64,000 nucleotides of DNA from the NCBI GenBank assembly GCA_036373775.1, contig JAZAUD010000008.1, positions 2,835 to 66,834 of the forward strand, given 5' to 3'. Positions 8,519 to 18,164 of the stretch are shown one piece after another. The notes beneath the pieces were generated by a model, which had not been told where the DNA came from, did not search any database, and saw only the letters and a list, made by a program, of their open reading frames with translations. Origin of the DNA: Oscillospiraceae bacterium. Its GTDB lineage: Bacteria; Bacillota; Clostridia; Oscillospirales; Ruminococcaceae. Position 1 is the stretch's first letter. Each line of letters opens with the position of its first letter. A program made the position numbers and the translations under genes.

Positions 8519-9803
8519 ATTTTATAACACCTACCGTTTGCAAGCCGAAATATTTCATATAGTCAATCCAATTCTTATCAAAAATTTCCCCACTCATGAC
8601 CATTGGAACAGCTGGGGGGCATGGTACTTGCACGGTGGCACAAATGCGCCCTTCTGCCTTCTCAATGGGTATCATTTCCCATTCTGAAAAGCAAGCTTTC
8701 CGCATCTCACAAGCCCTTTGAGGAGCTTTCGGTAATTCAGGTGGTAATGTTGACATGGAGGGCTTGCAAGCCCTTAAAATGCCTTCTAACCGCTGAAAAT
8801 CACTTTCATTCATGAAGGGAGACAATAACATCACACAACAAATTTTATCTGCATATTCCGGCTCTGCACCATGTTGGCGGAGCTGTCCTGCAAAATCAAC
8901 ACCATTCGCCGAAATTGTCAAATGAAAAGGGTCATCCCCTACCCAATCATAGGGAATCCGCTCACGGATTGCAAGTGCCTTTTGTTTGGCATCCTGTAAA
9001 GTCTGTTTTTCCTCCAACCATTCCACAGCTTCTTCAATTGACCGCATTATTAAGTAAGAGGGGCTTGTACTGCCGAACATTTGCATATATTGTTTGAGTT
9101 CGGGTGCATCCTGATACCGGCTGTGCAAGACCGCTGCACCGGTTAAAGATGGTAGCATCTTATGAAAGGAATCACAACAATAATCAGCCCCCAAATATAG
9201 GGGGTGTCGGTTCTCCTGCAAAAATGCCAAATGTGCGCCATGTGCATTATCTACAAGCAATTTTGCACCATATTTCCGGCAAAGTTCCGCCAAACCTGCA
9301 ATATCCTGTATTTTTCCCCGATAATCCGGACTTGTCACATAAATACAAGCTTTTTCGCCTTGTTTCGCTAATAATTGCAATTTTCTTTCAAAATCCTCTG
9401 AATCATATTCACCGGAAATGATGTCCCCTTTTTTGGGGAATACCCATTCAACATCTAACCCCAATAAAATACACCCATTCAAAAAAGCCCTGTGTACTGT
9501 TCTATTAGAAACGATTGTTCTGTTTTCTGTTCGCATTTTTGCAAGCATTGCCTGAATACATAGCGTTGAACCGCCTGCACTCCAACAACATGAACCGCTT
9601 CCATAAAGCTGAGCGGTTCTTTTTTCGCCCTCTAAGATGATTCCATCCGCTTCAAATAAGCTGTCTGCGCCCAATATTTCGGTAATATCCAATTGATAAG
9701 CCCTAGAAAGCATGGAATTCAGGGCTTTTCCGTGATGTGCCGGCATATGTAGGCGGAGAATTTCGCTGTCTGCATAGCTATCTAAAAATTGCATTACCTT
9801 CAT
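8517..9803 (-). CDS. PLP-dependent Orn/Lys/Arg decarboxylase-family protein (YaaO-like)
   Basis: MKVMQFLDSYADSEILRLHMPAHHGK, CDSFHKMLPSLTG (PLP Lys). Start set at ATG 9803 behind AAGGGG, because the track start at 9893 adds 30 non-conserved-looking residues. Confidence 0.75.
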   Translation of the reverse strand: MKVMQFLDSYADSEILRLHMPAHHGKALNSMLSRAYQLDITEILGADSLFEADGIILEGEKRTAQLYGSGSCCWSAGGSTLCIQAMLAKMRTENRTIVSNRTVHRAFLNGCILLGLDVEWVFPKKGDIISGEYDSEDFERKLQLLAKQGEKACIYVTSPDYRGKIQDIAGLAELCRKYGAKLLVDNAHGAHLAFLQENRHPLYLGADYCCDSFHKMLPSLTGAAVLHSRYQDAPELKQYMQMFGSTSPSYLIMRSIEEAVEWLEEKQTLQDAKQKALAIRERIPYDWVGDDPFHLTISANGVDFAGQLRQHGAEPEYADKICCVMLLSPFMNESDFQRLEGILRACKPSMSTLPPELPKAPQRACEMRKACFSEWEMIPIEKAEGRICATVQVPCPPAVPMVMSGEIFDKNWIDYMKYFGLQTVGVIK

Positions 9804-9968
9804 TTTTCTATTCACCCCTTGACAAATTTTATGAAATATGATACAATAAAAAACAGAACAAAGATTCGAAACGTTATTTCTTTTATCATTCATTTAAAAG
9901 AACAATCATTTCTTGTTCTTATTTTTGTACGTCAAATTAAGAACAAATTTTCGAAAGGAGTGCTGAAT

Positions 9969-10178
9969 ATGCAAGACCTTATCAATGCTTACAGGAGCAG
10001 TCAAGCTTCTCTCCGCCGTCGGATTGCCGAATTGAATACTGCTATGAAAAAGCCCCATATCAGCAGTAAGGAAAAAGAAAATCTCCATGCAAGGCGATAT
10101 GCACTTTACATGGAAATTTATGAGATGGATGATATTATTCAAGAACTGGTAAACATTCAGAAAGGAGCAATGTCATGA
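9969..10178 (+). CDS. small hypothetical coiled-coil protein
   Basis: MQDLINAYRSSQASLRRRIAELN..., AAAGGAG RBS. 4-nt overlap with the next gene. Confidence 0.45.
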   Translation: MQDLINAYRSSQASLRRRIAELNTAMKKPHISSKEKENLHARRYALYMEIYEMDDIIQELVNIQKGAMS

Positions 10179-10489
10179 AATTCACCAGAGTTTCCGAAAA
10201 TACACTTGACTATGATAAAGGCTTTTTACAACAACTCATGAATCCAAACCCCTCTACCAATATTGCCCATTTACAAGCCATCAAACAAGCCCTTCCTGTC
10301 GTTCTTCAAGAAGAATTGACCGAAAGGCAAAGACAAATTATCCTGATGCATTATTATGAAGGTTTAAAAGATGCACAAATTGCAAGAGAGTTGGGAATTT
10401 GTCCTTCCACGATTTTACGCACACGCAGAAGAGCCGAAAAACGCATTTATCACGCTTTGCGGTTTCTTGTCAATGCACATTTAGCATAA
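10175..10489 (+). CDS. sigma-70 region-4-type HTH DNA-binding protein
   Basis: LTERQRQIILMHYYEGLKDAQIARELGICPSTILRTRRRAEKRI resembles sigma region 4 / YlxM-like HTH. Confidence 0.6.
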   Translation: MKFTRVSENTLDYDKGFLQQLMNPNPSTNIAHLQAIKQALPVVLQEELTERQRQIILMHYYEGLKDAQIARELGICPSTILRTRRRAEKRIYHALRFLVNAHLA

Positions 10490-10514
10490 AATTATCCCCC
10501 ATTTTGGGGGATAA
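10486..10514 (-). terminator. hairpin terminator downstream of tRNA-Gln (possibly bidirectional)
   Basis: Perfect stem TTATCCCCC-ATTTT-GGGGGATAA (10492-10514), followed on the minus strand by TTTTA. Confidence 0.5.
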
Positions 10515-10520
10515 TCGAAA

Positions 10521-10596
10521 TGGTTGGGACGGCGAGATTCGAACTCACGGGATGACGGAGTCAAAGTCCGTTGCCTTACCGCTTGGCTACGCCCCA
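10521..10596 (-). tRNA. tRNA-Gln (anticodon UUG)
   Basis: The reverse complement folds as a cloverleaf: acceptor TGGGGCG/CGTCCCA, discriminator A, encoded CCA, anticodon stem ACGGA/TCCGT with loop CTTTGAC, T-arm GTGAGTTCGAATCTCGC. U1-A72 is typical of bacterial tRNA-Gln. Confidence 0.85.
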
Positions 10597-10608
10597 ATGT
10601 ACTTTACT

Positions 10609-10637
10609 ATTATAGCATACTTTTTTGATTTTGTCAA
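10609..10637 (-). promoter_or_regulatory. sigma-A-type promoter for tRNA-Gln
   Basis: Minus strand reads TTGACA-17 nt-TATAAT, about 12 nt upstream of the tRNA 5' end. Confidence 0.6.
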
Positions 10638-10721
10638 GTCTTTTTTTTCAACATACAATATAATGTATATTTTTTCGCCTGTTGTCAATACTATCAACAA
10701 ATTCAGAAAGGAGTTTTTTAC

Positions 10722-11072
10722 ATGCAAACTTTTGTTAAAAGAGGGGAAATTTATTATGCTGATTTATCCCCTGTAGTCGGTTCAGAACAAGGCGGTTTTC
10801 GTCCGGTGTTAATTGTACAAAACGACACAGGCAACCGCCACAGCCCCACTGTCATTGCTGCTGCTATCACTTCCAAGCTTGATAAAGCTCCACTGCCTAC
10901 TCATATTCCCTTGACTGCTCCTACATGCGGATTGCAAAAAGACAGCATTGTTCTTTTGGAACAAGTGCGAACCCTTGACAAAAAGCGACTGAAAACCCGC
11001 TTAGGAAAATTAGATGATACTGCTATGACAAAAGTAGATGATGCCATTGCAATCAGTTTCGGCTTGCATTGA
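10722..11072 (+). CDS. mazF: MazF/PemK-family endoribonuclease toxin
   Basis: KRGEIYYADLSPVVGSEQGGFRPVLIVQNDTGNRHSPTVIAAAITS is near-canonical for MazF/EndoA. Confidence 0.85.
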   Translation: MQTFVKRGEIYYADLSPVVGSEQGGFRPVLIVQNDTGNRHSPTVIAAAITSKLDKAPLPTHIPLTAPTCGLQKDSIVLLEQVRTLDKKRLKTRLGKLDDTAMTKVDDAIAISFGLH

Positions 11073-11079
11073 TGGAAAA

Positions 11080-11105
11080 TACCGCCTGCATGAGGCGGTA
11101 TTTTT
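11080..11105 (+). terminator. bidirectional intrinsic terminator between mazF and the ABC binding-protein gene
   Basis: TACCGCCT-GCATG-AGGCGGTA followed by TTTTT. The A-run on the other side serves the minus-strand gene. Confidence 0.65.
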
Positions 11106-11111
11106 ATCCAA

Positions 11112-12368
11112 TTAGTTTGCAACAATATTCACTGGTTTGGTAATTCCTGCAACAGTTTTATCAAGGAGTTCCTGCAAATCAATATTATCGGGATTTCCTG
11201 CGGCAATCGTCTGACCAAATTCGCTGGAAGGGTCCCAGAAAGAATCTGTGATAGCCTGTATATAAGAATAGGGAGCTTGTTCCGCAATTGCATGGTCAAC
11301 CGGAGATTTGGCTACTTCATCAGAAAGGGAAGCCTTTACATTTGCCGGACACTCTCCACTTTCTTCAAAACGTGCCAGCTGTGCCTTTTCACTTGTCAGA
11401 TATTTGGCTAATCTCATAGCCCATTTCGCATTGGGAGATTTGGCATTGACACCAAGCAATTTATACCCAGTGAAAGCCGCCATCTGAACGTCTTCGCCAT
11501 CTACTTCATAAGTAGGCAATTTTGCTGCGCCCATGTCCTCTCCCCAAATTTCGGAAAGTTCCGCAGCGTGCCAAGGACCACTTACCGCAGCAATGACCTT
11601 GCCTTCTTTTGCCTGTGCTGTCATTTCCCCATTAGGCAGATTCAAAAAGCCGGAATTTTTAGCAATTTCCAACATAGATTTTGCAACAGATACGCCGCTG
11701 TGTTCGCCCTCTACAGAAGCCCATTCACAAATATTGGCTGTCTTATTGGCATTATAATGCAAGTCCAGCCCTGCCCCCTTGAAGAATGAGAACAAATACC
11801 ATCCACTGCTAAAATCCATTGAAAATGCAGCATTATTTTCTCTTGCCACCTTCAGAATCTGGTCAAGGCTCTGTACATCATCTTCCGAAAGGAATTTTTT
11901 GTTATAGTACAGGAAATAGCCGTTTCCGGTTGTCAAAGGATAAGCATATAATTTTCCATCCACCGTGCAGACATCCGCAGCAGCAGAATCTTTTCCGCCT
12001 GATTCCTTTAATACTTCCTCAGCATTCTCATCAATTTCTTTCAGAACATTCGCAGCATAATAATCCTCAAACTGGTCATTGTAAAAGGTGAAAATATCCG
12101 CAGCATGAGCAGGGTCTACTAAAATACCATCTTTCTGTATTTCTTCTTCTCTGTCAGTGATGACATAAGTAATTCCCACTTCACCTTGATGCAGTTTTTG
12201 AAATTCATTGATACGTTCTTCCAGTGTTGAGCCATAATCACCACTGATTTTCAACGTAATATTCTGATATTCTTCCTCTTCTTCTGAATTTTTCGCTGAT
12301 GACGCACACCCCACCACTGTTGAAAGCAGAAGAAATGCCGCCAATCCAGCACACAAAAATTTCCTCAT
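11112..12368 (-). CDS. ABC transporter substrate-binding lipoprotein (carbohydrate type)
   Basis: Lipobox LLSTVVGC. Overall family-1 sugar SBP features (PWHAAE..., AFTGYKLLGVNA). Confidence 0.75.
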   Translation of the reverse strand: MRKFLCAGLAAFLLLSTVVGCASSAKNSEEEEEYQNITLKISGDYGSTLEERINEFQKLHQGEVGITYVITDREEEIQKDGILVDPAHAADIFTFYNDQFEDYYAANVLKEIDENAEEVLKESGGKDSAAADVCTVDGKLYAYPLTTGNGYFLYYNKKFLSEDDVQSLDQILKVARENNAAFSMDFSSGWYLFSFFKGAGLDLHYNANKTANICEWASVEGEHSGVSVAKSMLEIAKNSGFLNLPNGEMTAQAKEGKVIAAVSGPWHAAELSEIWGEDMGAAKLPTYEVDGEDVQMAAFTGYKLLGVNAKSPNAKWAMRLAKYLTSEKAQLARFEESGECPANVKASLSDEVAKSPVDHAIAEQAPYSYIQAITDSFWDPSSEFGQTIAAGNPDNIDLQELLDKTVAGITKPVNIVAN

Positions 12369-12804
12369 AGTTTTTCCTCCATTATTTTTTTCTTTATTCT
12401 AATACAAATAGTATAGCATAAAAGATAACAATTGTCAAGTATTTTCTTTGTTCCTATCAACAATTTAAAAATACAATATATTTCTATTTCAAATCCACCA
12501 TATTTCTACAAAAAAATTGTGCAAATTGCTAATCAGTTATTTTTCATTCTTGCTTCCATTTTGATAAATGCTTTCATTCAATCGCCCATTCATCGCATTT
12601 TTCCAGCATTGCAAAACAATTTTTCAGAAAAAAGTATAAAAATAAGACAAAAACAGTGGTTAAAATTTATGCAATTTTTCAATAGACTTTTCAAGGGCAT
12701 TGTGCTATAATAATGATTAGGGTTTGGCGGAACTCCGTCAAATAACGGGGATTCCCGTTGTAATCATCACACAATGGTGTGAGGGAAAAAGGAGAAGATT
12801 ATAT

Positions 12805-13728
12805 ATGAAAATTAAAAAGTTGATTGCCGCTATTTCAGCAGTAGCAATTTCTGCAATCAGTTTGACTGCGTTTGGTTCATTAAGTGCAAGTGCGGAAAAA
12901 AAGGACAGCTATAATTTTTGGTTAGCTGGTCAATTTAATTCAAGTACAGTTTTCTGGGATGCAAATGCTTTGGGAAATCCTGCCGTTTCTGTTACTGCTG
13001 ATGGTACAGAATATACAGTTTCATTGAAAAATACAAGTGCCGTGGAAACCAAAGACGGCGACCTCTGTTTAGTTTTGCAGTCTAATGTCAATGTACAGGA
13101 CTATAAAACCGCAGATGGTAAGAATGCGCTTGATGATGGAAGCATCAATGTTCAGATTGTTTCCGTGAAGGTAGACGGCACAGCAGTCAATTATACTCGT
13201 GACGCTGATGGAAATAAGTCTCTGATTACGGCGGATAATGGGAATGACCTCCGGTTGAATATTTATAATACATGGCAAAAGAAAGACGGTTCAGATTATC
13301 CCTCTAAGGATATTAACCCCGAACTCAAGATTTCCAGTGGAATTGAAGTGACTTTCAAGACCGTTGGTCTGTTTGCTCAAAATTCTACAGAAGATACCAA
13401 TGATACTAATACCACCAACACCGCCGAAACAACTGCTTCCACTGAAGCGGCTGATGCTGACGAGACTGCCACTACAGCAGCTACCACTCAGGCTGTTGTT
13501 ACTACCAATTCCGTTGCCACAACGCCTACTTCTTCCAGCAATGGAAATAATACCTCTTCCAACCCTAAGCTGGGCGGTTCTTCTGACCCTTCCTCCTCCC
13601 CTGCGAATGGCACAGCAGTTGATACTGATACCAATGCAGCGACTGGAGACAGCAGTCATGCGGTTGCCGTTGCAATGTTGGCAATTGTAAGCTGTGGTGC
13701 AGTTGTCGCTTCCAGAAAGCGCAAGTAA
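12805..13728 (+). CDS. secreted protein with Thr/Ser-rich linker and C-terminal membrane/cell-wall anchor-like tail
   Basis: Signal peptide MKIKKLIAAISAVAISAISLTAFGSLSASA, T/S/N-rich low-complexity region, C-terminal ...NAATGDSSHAVAVAMLAIVSCGAVVASRKRK. Start set at ATG 12805 after AAAAGGAG. Confidence 0.6.
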   Translation: MKIKKLIAAISAVAISAISLTAFGSLSASAEKKDSYNFWLAGQFNSSTVFWDANALGNPAVSVTADGTEYTVSLKNTSAVETKDGDLCLVLQSNVNVQDYKTADGKNALDDGSINVQIVSVKVDGTAVNYTRDADGNKSLITADNGNDLRLNIYNTWQKKDGSDYPSKDINPELKISSGIEVTFKTVGLFAQNSTEDTNDTNTTNTAETTASTEAADADETATTAATTQAVVTTNSVATTPTSSSNGNNTSSNPKLGGSSDPSSSPANGTAVDTDTNAATGDSSHAVAVAMLAIVSCGAVVASRKRK

Positions 13729-13812
13729 TTTCTGCACGATTCAGCAAATTAAGAATATGACATGAAATGCCCTTCATTTCAGGAGGGCATTTTTTGATAT
13801 TGAGGTGATACC

Positions 13813-14613
13813 ATGAAAAAATATATTTATTTTCTCCCCTTGATTGCTTTTTTGCTCACCGGATGCAATGGAACACAAACGGAAAGTTTCAGTATTTCTG
13901 AAAGTATGCAGGAAATTTCTGACACCCTTGAAGCTGAACCTCCCACCGAACCCCCAACAAATGCCCCTCTTCCAGAAGGAGACATCAATTCCGTGACATT
14001 TGATGAAGTAGGCACTGAAATTGCTGCTGTCATTCTTGATGATGAGACCTGTGCAGAAGGTACGCTCAGCATTGAAAGCATTGACGGAAATCATCTTTTG
14101 AAATTTACAGATACTTCTACCACAGCAGAAAATCTTGACACCGCTGTCCAAAAAATCCGCTTCAATGTTAGTGCATTACTTAGCCCTGAACAGCTTTCAC
14201 AAGTTGACCGGATTGAATTTGACCTCTACGCAGAAGCCAAAGACAGCCTTTTCCTGAATGATGACGGCGACTACATGGAGGTTGCCGGCTGGATTGGTGG
14301 CGGTGGCGGAACTATGACCGCTGATGGCACATGGTATGGATTTGCTGATTTTTCCTCCAACGATTTGCAGGAATACGATTTAAAGCGTTCAGATGCCTGT
14401 CATGTGACATTCCAGTTTTTGCTTGCTTCCTCCGGAAAATGTTGGGATGAGTCGGTAGAAGATGTCAATTTTCTGTTGATGCGTTGGGGGATGCAAAATA
14501 TCTCTGATACTTACATTGACAACCTCACTTTCTTTGATGCGGAAGGGCATTCCATCCCTCTCACGCTTTCCACTCCTGAAACAAGTGAAACCATTGAGGA
14601 GGAATCCACATGA
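13813..14613 (+). CDS. hypothetical lipoprotein
   Basis: MKKYIYFLPLIAFLLTGC lipobox. No recognisable catalytic motif. Confidence 0.6.
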   Translation: MKKYIYFLPLIAFLLTGCNGTQTESFSISESMQEISDTLEAEPPTEPPTNAPLPEGDINSVTFDEVGTEIAAVILDDETCAEGTLSIESIDGNHLLKFTDTSTTAENLDTAVQKIRFNVSALLSPEQLSQVDRIEFDLYAEAKDSLFLNDDGDYMEVAGWIGGGGGTMTADGTWYGFADFSSNDLQEYDLKRSDACHVTFQFLLASSGKCWDESVEDVNFLLMRWGMQNISDTYIDNLTFFDAEGHSIPLTLSTPETSETIEEEST

Positions 14614-15269
14614 AAAAAATATTCTCTCTCCTTTTGGCGGTAATGCTCCTTTGTGGAATCTTCACCGCCTGCGGAAATATCTCACAAACTTATGCTGATT
14701 ATGTACAAGCGGTAATGGATTGCACTTATCACAATGATACAGCGCAGTATATATCTCTCACAGGCTCAACGGAACAGCAAGCACAAATGCTCTATCAAAA
14801 TGAGGTTCATTCCGTGGTTGCAATGATTTGCCAAAAATTTGATGTGGATGTCAATTCCCTTCCTGAAAGTACCTATGATGAATATTCCGATTTTGCAGAA
14901 AATCTCTTGAATTCAATTACATATCATGCTGAACCCAGCATCAAAGCCAATAACTCCTATCAGGTCACTTTAACCGCCCAACCGCTGGAATTTTGGGATA
15001 CGGTTTTTGTTTATGTAGAAAACGCTTATGTTTCGGAATTCCTTCCACAATTTGGAAGAATTGAAGATACCAATTCCCCTGAATATGCAGATACTTTATC
15101 CCGATGGGGGGAAAAAGTCGTGAACATCCTGAATGAACATTTTTCAGAACTCACGTTTCAGGAATCCCAATACATCACCATCCAGATTCAACCAGATACC
15201 ACCGGTCACTATAATATCTCTACCCATCAATGGCGAATTGTTGACCGCTTCTTACTTGGATTGGAGTAA
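14610..15269 (+). CDS. hypothetical lipoprotein
   Basis: MKKIFSLLLAVMLLCGIFTAC lipobox. 4-nt overlap with the preceding gene. Confidence 0.6.
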   Translation: MKKIFSLLLAVMLLCGIFTACGNISQTYADYVQAVMDCTYHNDTAQYISLTGSTEQQAQMLYQNEVHSVVAMICQKFDVDVNSLPESTYDEYSDFAENLLNSITYHAEPSIKANNSYQVTLTAQPLEFWDTVFVYVENAYVSEFLPQFGRIEDTNSPEYADTLSRWGEKVVNILNEHFSELTFQESQYITIQIQPDTTGHYNISTHQWRIVDRFLLGLE

Positions 15270-15273
15270 ATCA

Positions 15274-15299
15274 AACCCCTTTGTTGGGGTTTTTCTTTT
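15274..15299 (+). terminator. intrinsic terminator
   Basis: AACCCC-TTTGTT-GGGGTT followed by TTTTCTTTT. Confidence 0.55.
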
Positions 15300-15461
15300 G
15301 CGCAAAAAAGTGGCGAACCGAAAAGGCTCGCCAAAAATAATAAGGATGTAGGATTTATGATGACTATATTATAACAGATTTTTACCGGATTGTCAAGATT
15401 TTTGTCACATTTTTGGATGATTGGCTAAATCTTTCTTTTATTTTTGTGCATTTTAAACAAA

Positions 15462-16325
15462 TTATTTCCCTTCCAACTTTTTCAAGCTCTTATCTTCCTT
15501 GATAACTCTCCCTTTTCCTTTTTGCAGAACTTCCACTTCTGTCCGGTCAATGGTATAGGGCATATCTTCCTCTTTTTCGGGACGAATGCGCAATTTTCCG
15601 GTAATTAAATTAGCATCCTCAACCTTTCCTTTGCCTTGTGGGGTTTTGACAATTGAGCCAATTCTTGGGGTAATTTTCTGCAATTCCTCGTAGACGGATT
15701 GTTCATGTTTCAAGCAACACATCAATCGCCCACAAGTGCCGGAGATTTTAGTTGGATTCAGGGAAAGCCCCTGCTCCTTTGCCATCTTAATGGATACCGG
15801 CTGAAAATCGCCTAAATACCCATGACAGCAAAATTCACGTCCGCAAACCCCTAAACCTCCAAACATCTTTGCTTCATCTCTGACACCAATCTGACGCAAT
15901 TCAATTCTCATACGAAAGATGGAAGCCAAATCTTTGACCAGTTCACGAAAATCGACTCTTGCATCTGCGGTGAAATAAAATAGCAATTTGGAATTATCAA
16001 ATGCACAATTCACATCTACCAGCTTCATATTTAATCCACGCTGTTCAATTTTTTGTTCACAAACCTGAAAGGCACGTTTCTCTTTTTGCTGATTCTGTGC
16101 CAAATGTGCCTCATCTTCTGCGGTCATCACACGAACGATATTTTTCAGAGGTGAAACAATACTTTCATCTTTGATATTTTTATTTGCAAGGGCAACTTCT
16201 CCGCATTCCTGCCCTTTTGAAGTTTCAACAATTACTTTTGTTCCCACTGGTAATTGTAATCCATTGGGAGCAAAATAATATACCTTTGAAGAATTTTGAA
16301 AACGAACTCCTACAATTTCAGTCAT
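15462..16325 (-). CDS. ricT: PSP1-domain protein RicT/YaaT
   Basis: MTEIVGVRFQNSSKVYYFAPNG, Cys-rich GVCGREFCCH...SGTCGRLMCCLKHE. Start at 16325 is behind AAGGAAGG. Alternative ATG 16352 forms an ATGA overlap with the holB stop. Confidence 0.8.
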   Translation of the reverse strand: MTEIVGVRFQNSSKVYYFAPNGLQLPVGTKVIVETSKGQECGEVALANKNIKDESIVSPLKNIVRVMTAEDEAHLAQNQQKEKRAFQVCEQKIEQRGLNMKLVDVNCAFDNSKLLFYFTADARVDFRELVKDLASIFRMRIELRQIGVRDEAKMFGGLGVCGREFCCHGYLGDFQPVSIKMAKEQGLSLNPTKISGTCGRLMCCLKHEQSVYEELQKITPRIGSIVKTPQGKGKVEDANLITGKLRIRPEKEEDMPYTIDRTEVEVLQKGKGRVIKEDKSLKKLEGK

Positions 16326-16348
16326 AGAACCTTCCTTTCTGTTCATCA

Positions 16349-17305
16349 TCATAAAATCGACCCGCCAAAAGCGGATAGAACCAGCTTCACACTTACATTG
16401 GATTGCAATGCATCATAAGCGGTTTGGACTGCCTGATGTATTCGCTGAAAACTTCCCAATGTCAACACAGCCGAAAGATGTTCGGCACTTTCCTTATCAC
16501 AGCCCATGCGGTCATTCCGTCCATACTTCATAGTGACAGCATCTCTCAACTGCATATCAAAATATTCCAGCAAAATGGATGCTTTCTGTCTTTCTTTCTC
16601 AAATTGTGCCAAAATCCGCAAAACATCATACTGCCGTCTTTTTGAAACGGCTTCCGTCAATAATGCGGTTTGTTTGGTCAGTTCCTGCATTTCGGGATTT
16701 TCGAGCCAATCAAGGCATTTTCCGATATTGCCACCGCAAGCCTGCACGGCTCTTTCCGCATCCATGGAACTGCATTCATGTTCCTGTGTGAGTGCCTGAA
16801 AACATTGTTCCGGTGTACAGGGATGCACGGAAAGGGGCATCATTCGGGAAAGCATTGTATCAAGAAATACATTTTTCTGTACCACTGTAAATAATAATAA
16901 AACGTGTTCCGGTGGTTCTTCTGTCAATTTCAAAAGTGTATTCTGCGCTCTTGGGTCAATATTATCACAATCTGCAAAAAGATATACTTTCCGATTGCCG
17001 TCATTAGGTGCAATGACAGCATCACGACATACATTCCGCACCGTTTCCACAGAAAAACCATTCCTCTTTCCGCTATGCTCCACATGAATATAATCCGGAT
17101 GGATTCCCTTCTGTACTTTCTGACAGGAAAGACAATGCCCACATGGAGCGTGTTCCCCCGTGCAAAGTGCCGCCATTGCAAGGTAATCAGCAAGCGTTTT
17201 TCTGCCCATTCCCTTTTGTCCATAAATTAAACAAGCATGGGGAAGATGGTCATTTTCTGCCATTCTCTGAATCAACCGTAATCCTGCATCATTGCCGTAA
17301 ATCAT
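16349..17305 (-). CDS. holB: DNA polymerase III delta-prime subunit
   Basis: HACLIYGQKGMGRKTLA, zinc module CGHCLSCQKV, LLKLTEEPP. Confidence 0.8.
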   Translation of the reverse strand: MIYGNDAGLRLIQRMAENDHLPHACLIYGQKGMGRKTLADYLAMAALCTGEHAPCGHCLSCQKVQKGIHPDYIHVEHSGKRNGFSVETVRNVCRDAVIAPNDGNRKVYLFADCDNIDPRAQNTLLKLTEEPPEHVLLLFTVVQKNVFLDTMLSRMMPLSVHPCTPEQCFQALTQEHECSSMDAERAVQACGGNIGKCLDWLENPEMQELTKQTALLTEAVSKRRQYDVLRILAQFEKERQKASILLEYFDMQLRDAVTMKYGRNDRMGCDKESAEHLSAVLTLGSFQRIHQAVQTAYDALQSNVSVKLVLSAFGGSIL

Positions 17306-17613
17306 AATTTTTCGAACCTTTCGACATCCGTCACGAAAACCGTTGCGCCTCCCACTTCCACTTCAACAGGGAAATTCATCCCCATAGATACACTTGTTGG
17401 AACGAATTCTTTTCGCTTATGGCTCTTTTCCCGAATGACTTCAATCACTTCATCCACTCTTTCATTTTCCACACAGGTCAAAAAAGTGGTATTTCCTGCG
17501 CTCAAAAATGAACCAGTTGACGCTAATTTTGTCGCAAAAAATCCCGCCTTCATCAAGGCTTTAGAAACCGCCTGACTATCATCACCATTCACAATCGCAA
17601 ATACCAATTTCAT
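17302..17613 (-). CDS. darA: PII-like cyclic-di-AMP receptor DarA (YaaQ/DUF970)
   Basis: MKLVFAIVNGDDSQAVSKALMKAGFFATKLASTGSFLSAGNTTFL and VEVEVGGATVFV closely resemble B. subtilis YaaQ. Confidence 0.8.
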   Translation of the reverse strand: MKLVFAIVNGDDSQAVSKALMKAGFFATKLASTGSFLSAGNTTFLTCVENERVDEVIEVIREKSHKRKEFVPTSVSMGMNFPVEVEVGGATVFVTDVERFEKL

Positions 17614-17652
17614 GAAAGCTGCTCCTTTCTGAATATTTTGTGATATGTTATT

Positions 17653-17681
17653 ATTATATCATATTTTTGATGAAAATGCAA
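17653..17681 (-). promoter_or_regulatory. candidate promoter of darA-holB-ricT
   Basis: Minus strand reads TTGCAT-17 nt-TATAAT. Confidence 0.5.
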
Positions 17682-17689
17682 TGCTTTTC

Positions 17690-17719
17690 AAAAATAAAAA
17701 AGCTCCCACAAAGGGAGCT
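17690..17719 (-). terminator. terminator at the end of the ribosomal alpha operon
   Basis: AGCTCCC-ACAAA-GGGAGCT hairpin followed on the minus strand by TTTTTATTTTT. Confidence 0.6.
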
Positions 17720-17734
17720 TTTCAAAATTCATTC

Positions 17735-18079
17735 TTAGTCAACCAACTTGATGATAGCCATTTCAGCAGCATCACCACGACGAGGACCAATCTTGATAAT
17801 CTGTGTGTAACCGCCCTTGCGGTCTGCATACTTCGGAGCAATGTCATCAAAGAGCTTCTTTGCAACATCTTCCTTAGTAATATAGGAATATACCTGACGC
17901 TTGCTGTGCAGGTCTGTATTTTTGCCCAGTGTAATCATCTTTTCAGCAACACTGCGAACTTCCTTAGCTCTTGTCAAAGTGGTCTCAATCTGACCCTTTT
18001 CCAGCAGGTATGTTACCATTGCTCTGAGCATAGCAGTTCTATGAGCAGTGGTTCTGCCCAGTTTTCTCGTACCCGGCAT
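17735..18079 (-). CDS. rplQ: 50S ribosomal protein L17
   Basis: [22 protein letters not shown]... Confidence 0.95.
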   Translation of the reverse strand: MPGTRKLGRTTAHRTAMLRAMVTYLLEKGQIETTLTRAKEVRSVAEKMITLGKNTDLHSKRQVYSYITKEDVAKKLFDDIAPKYADRKGGYTQIIKIGPRRGDAAEMAIIKLVD

Positions 18080-18164
18080 TGTAATTCACTCCTTTTCTCA
18101 CCAAACCGGACGAACCCTTTTCGGGGGGTATCGTCCATCGGGTAAAATCTCAAATCTGAATGCG

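Noticed and set aside
10399-10776. 125-aa + strand ORF spanning the tRNA-Gln locus
   Set aside because: It runs antisense through the tRNA gene and its promoter and into mazF, with no RBS. It is spurious.
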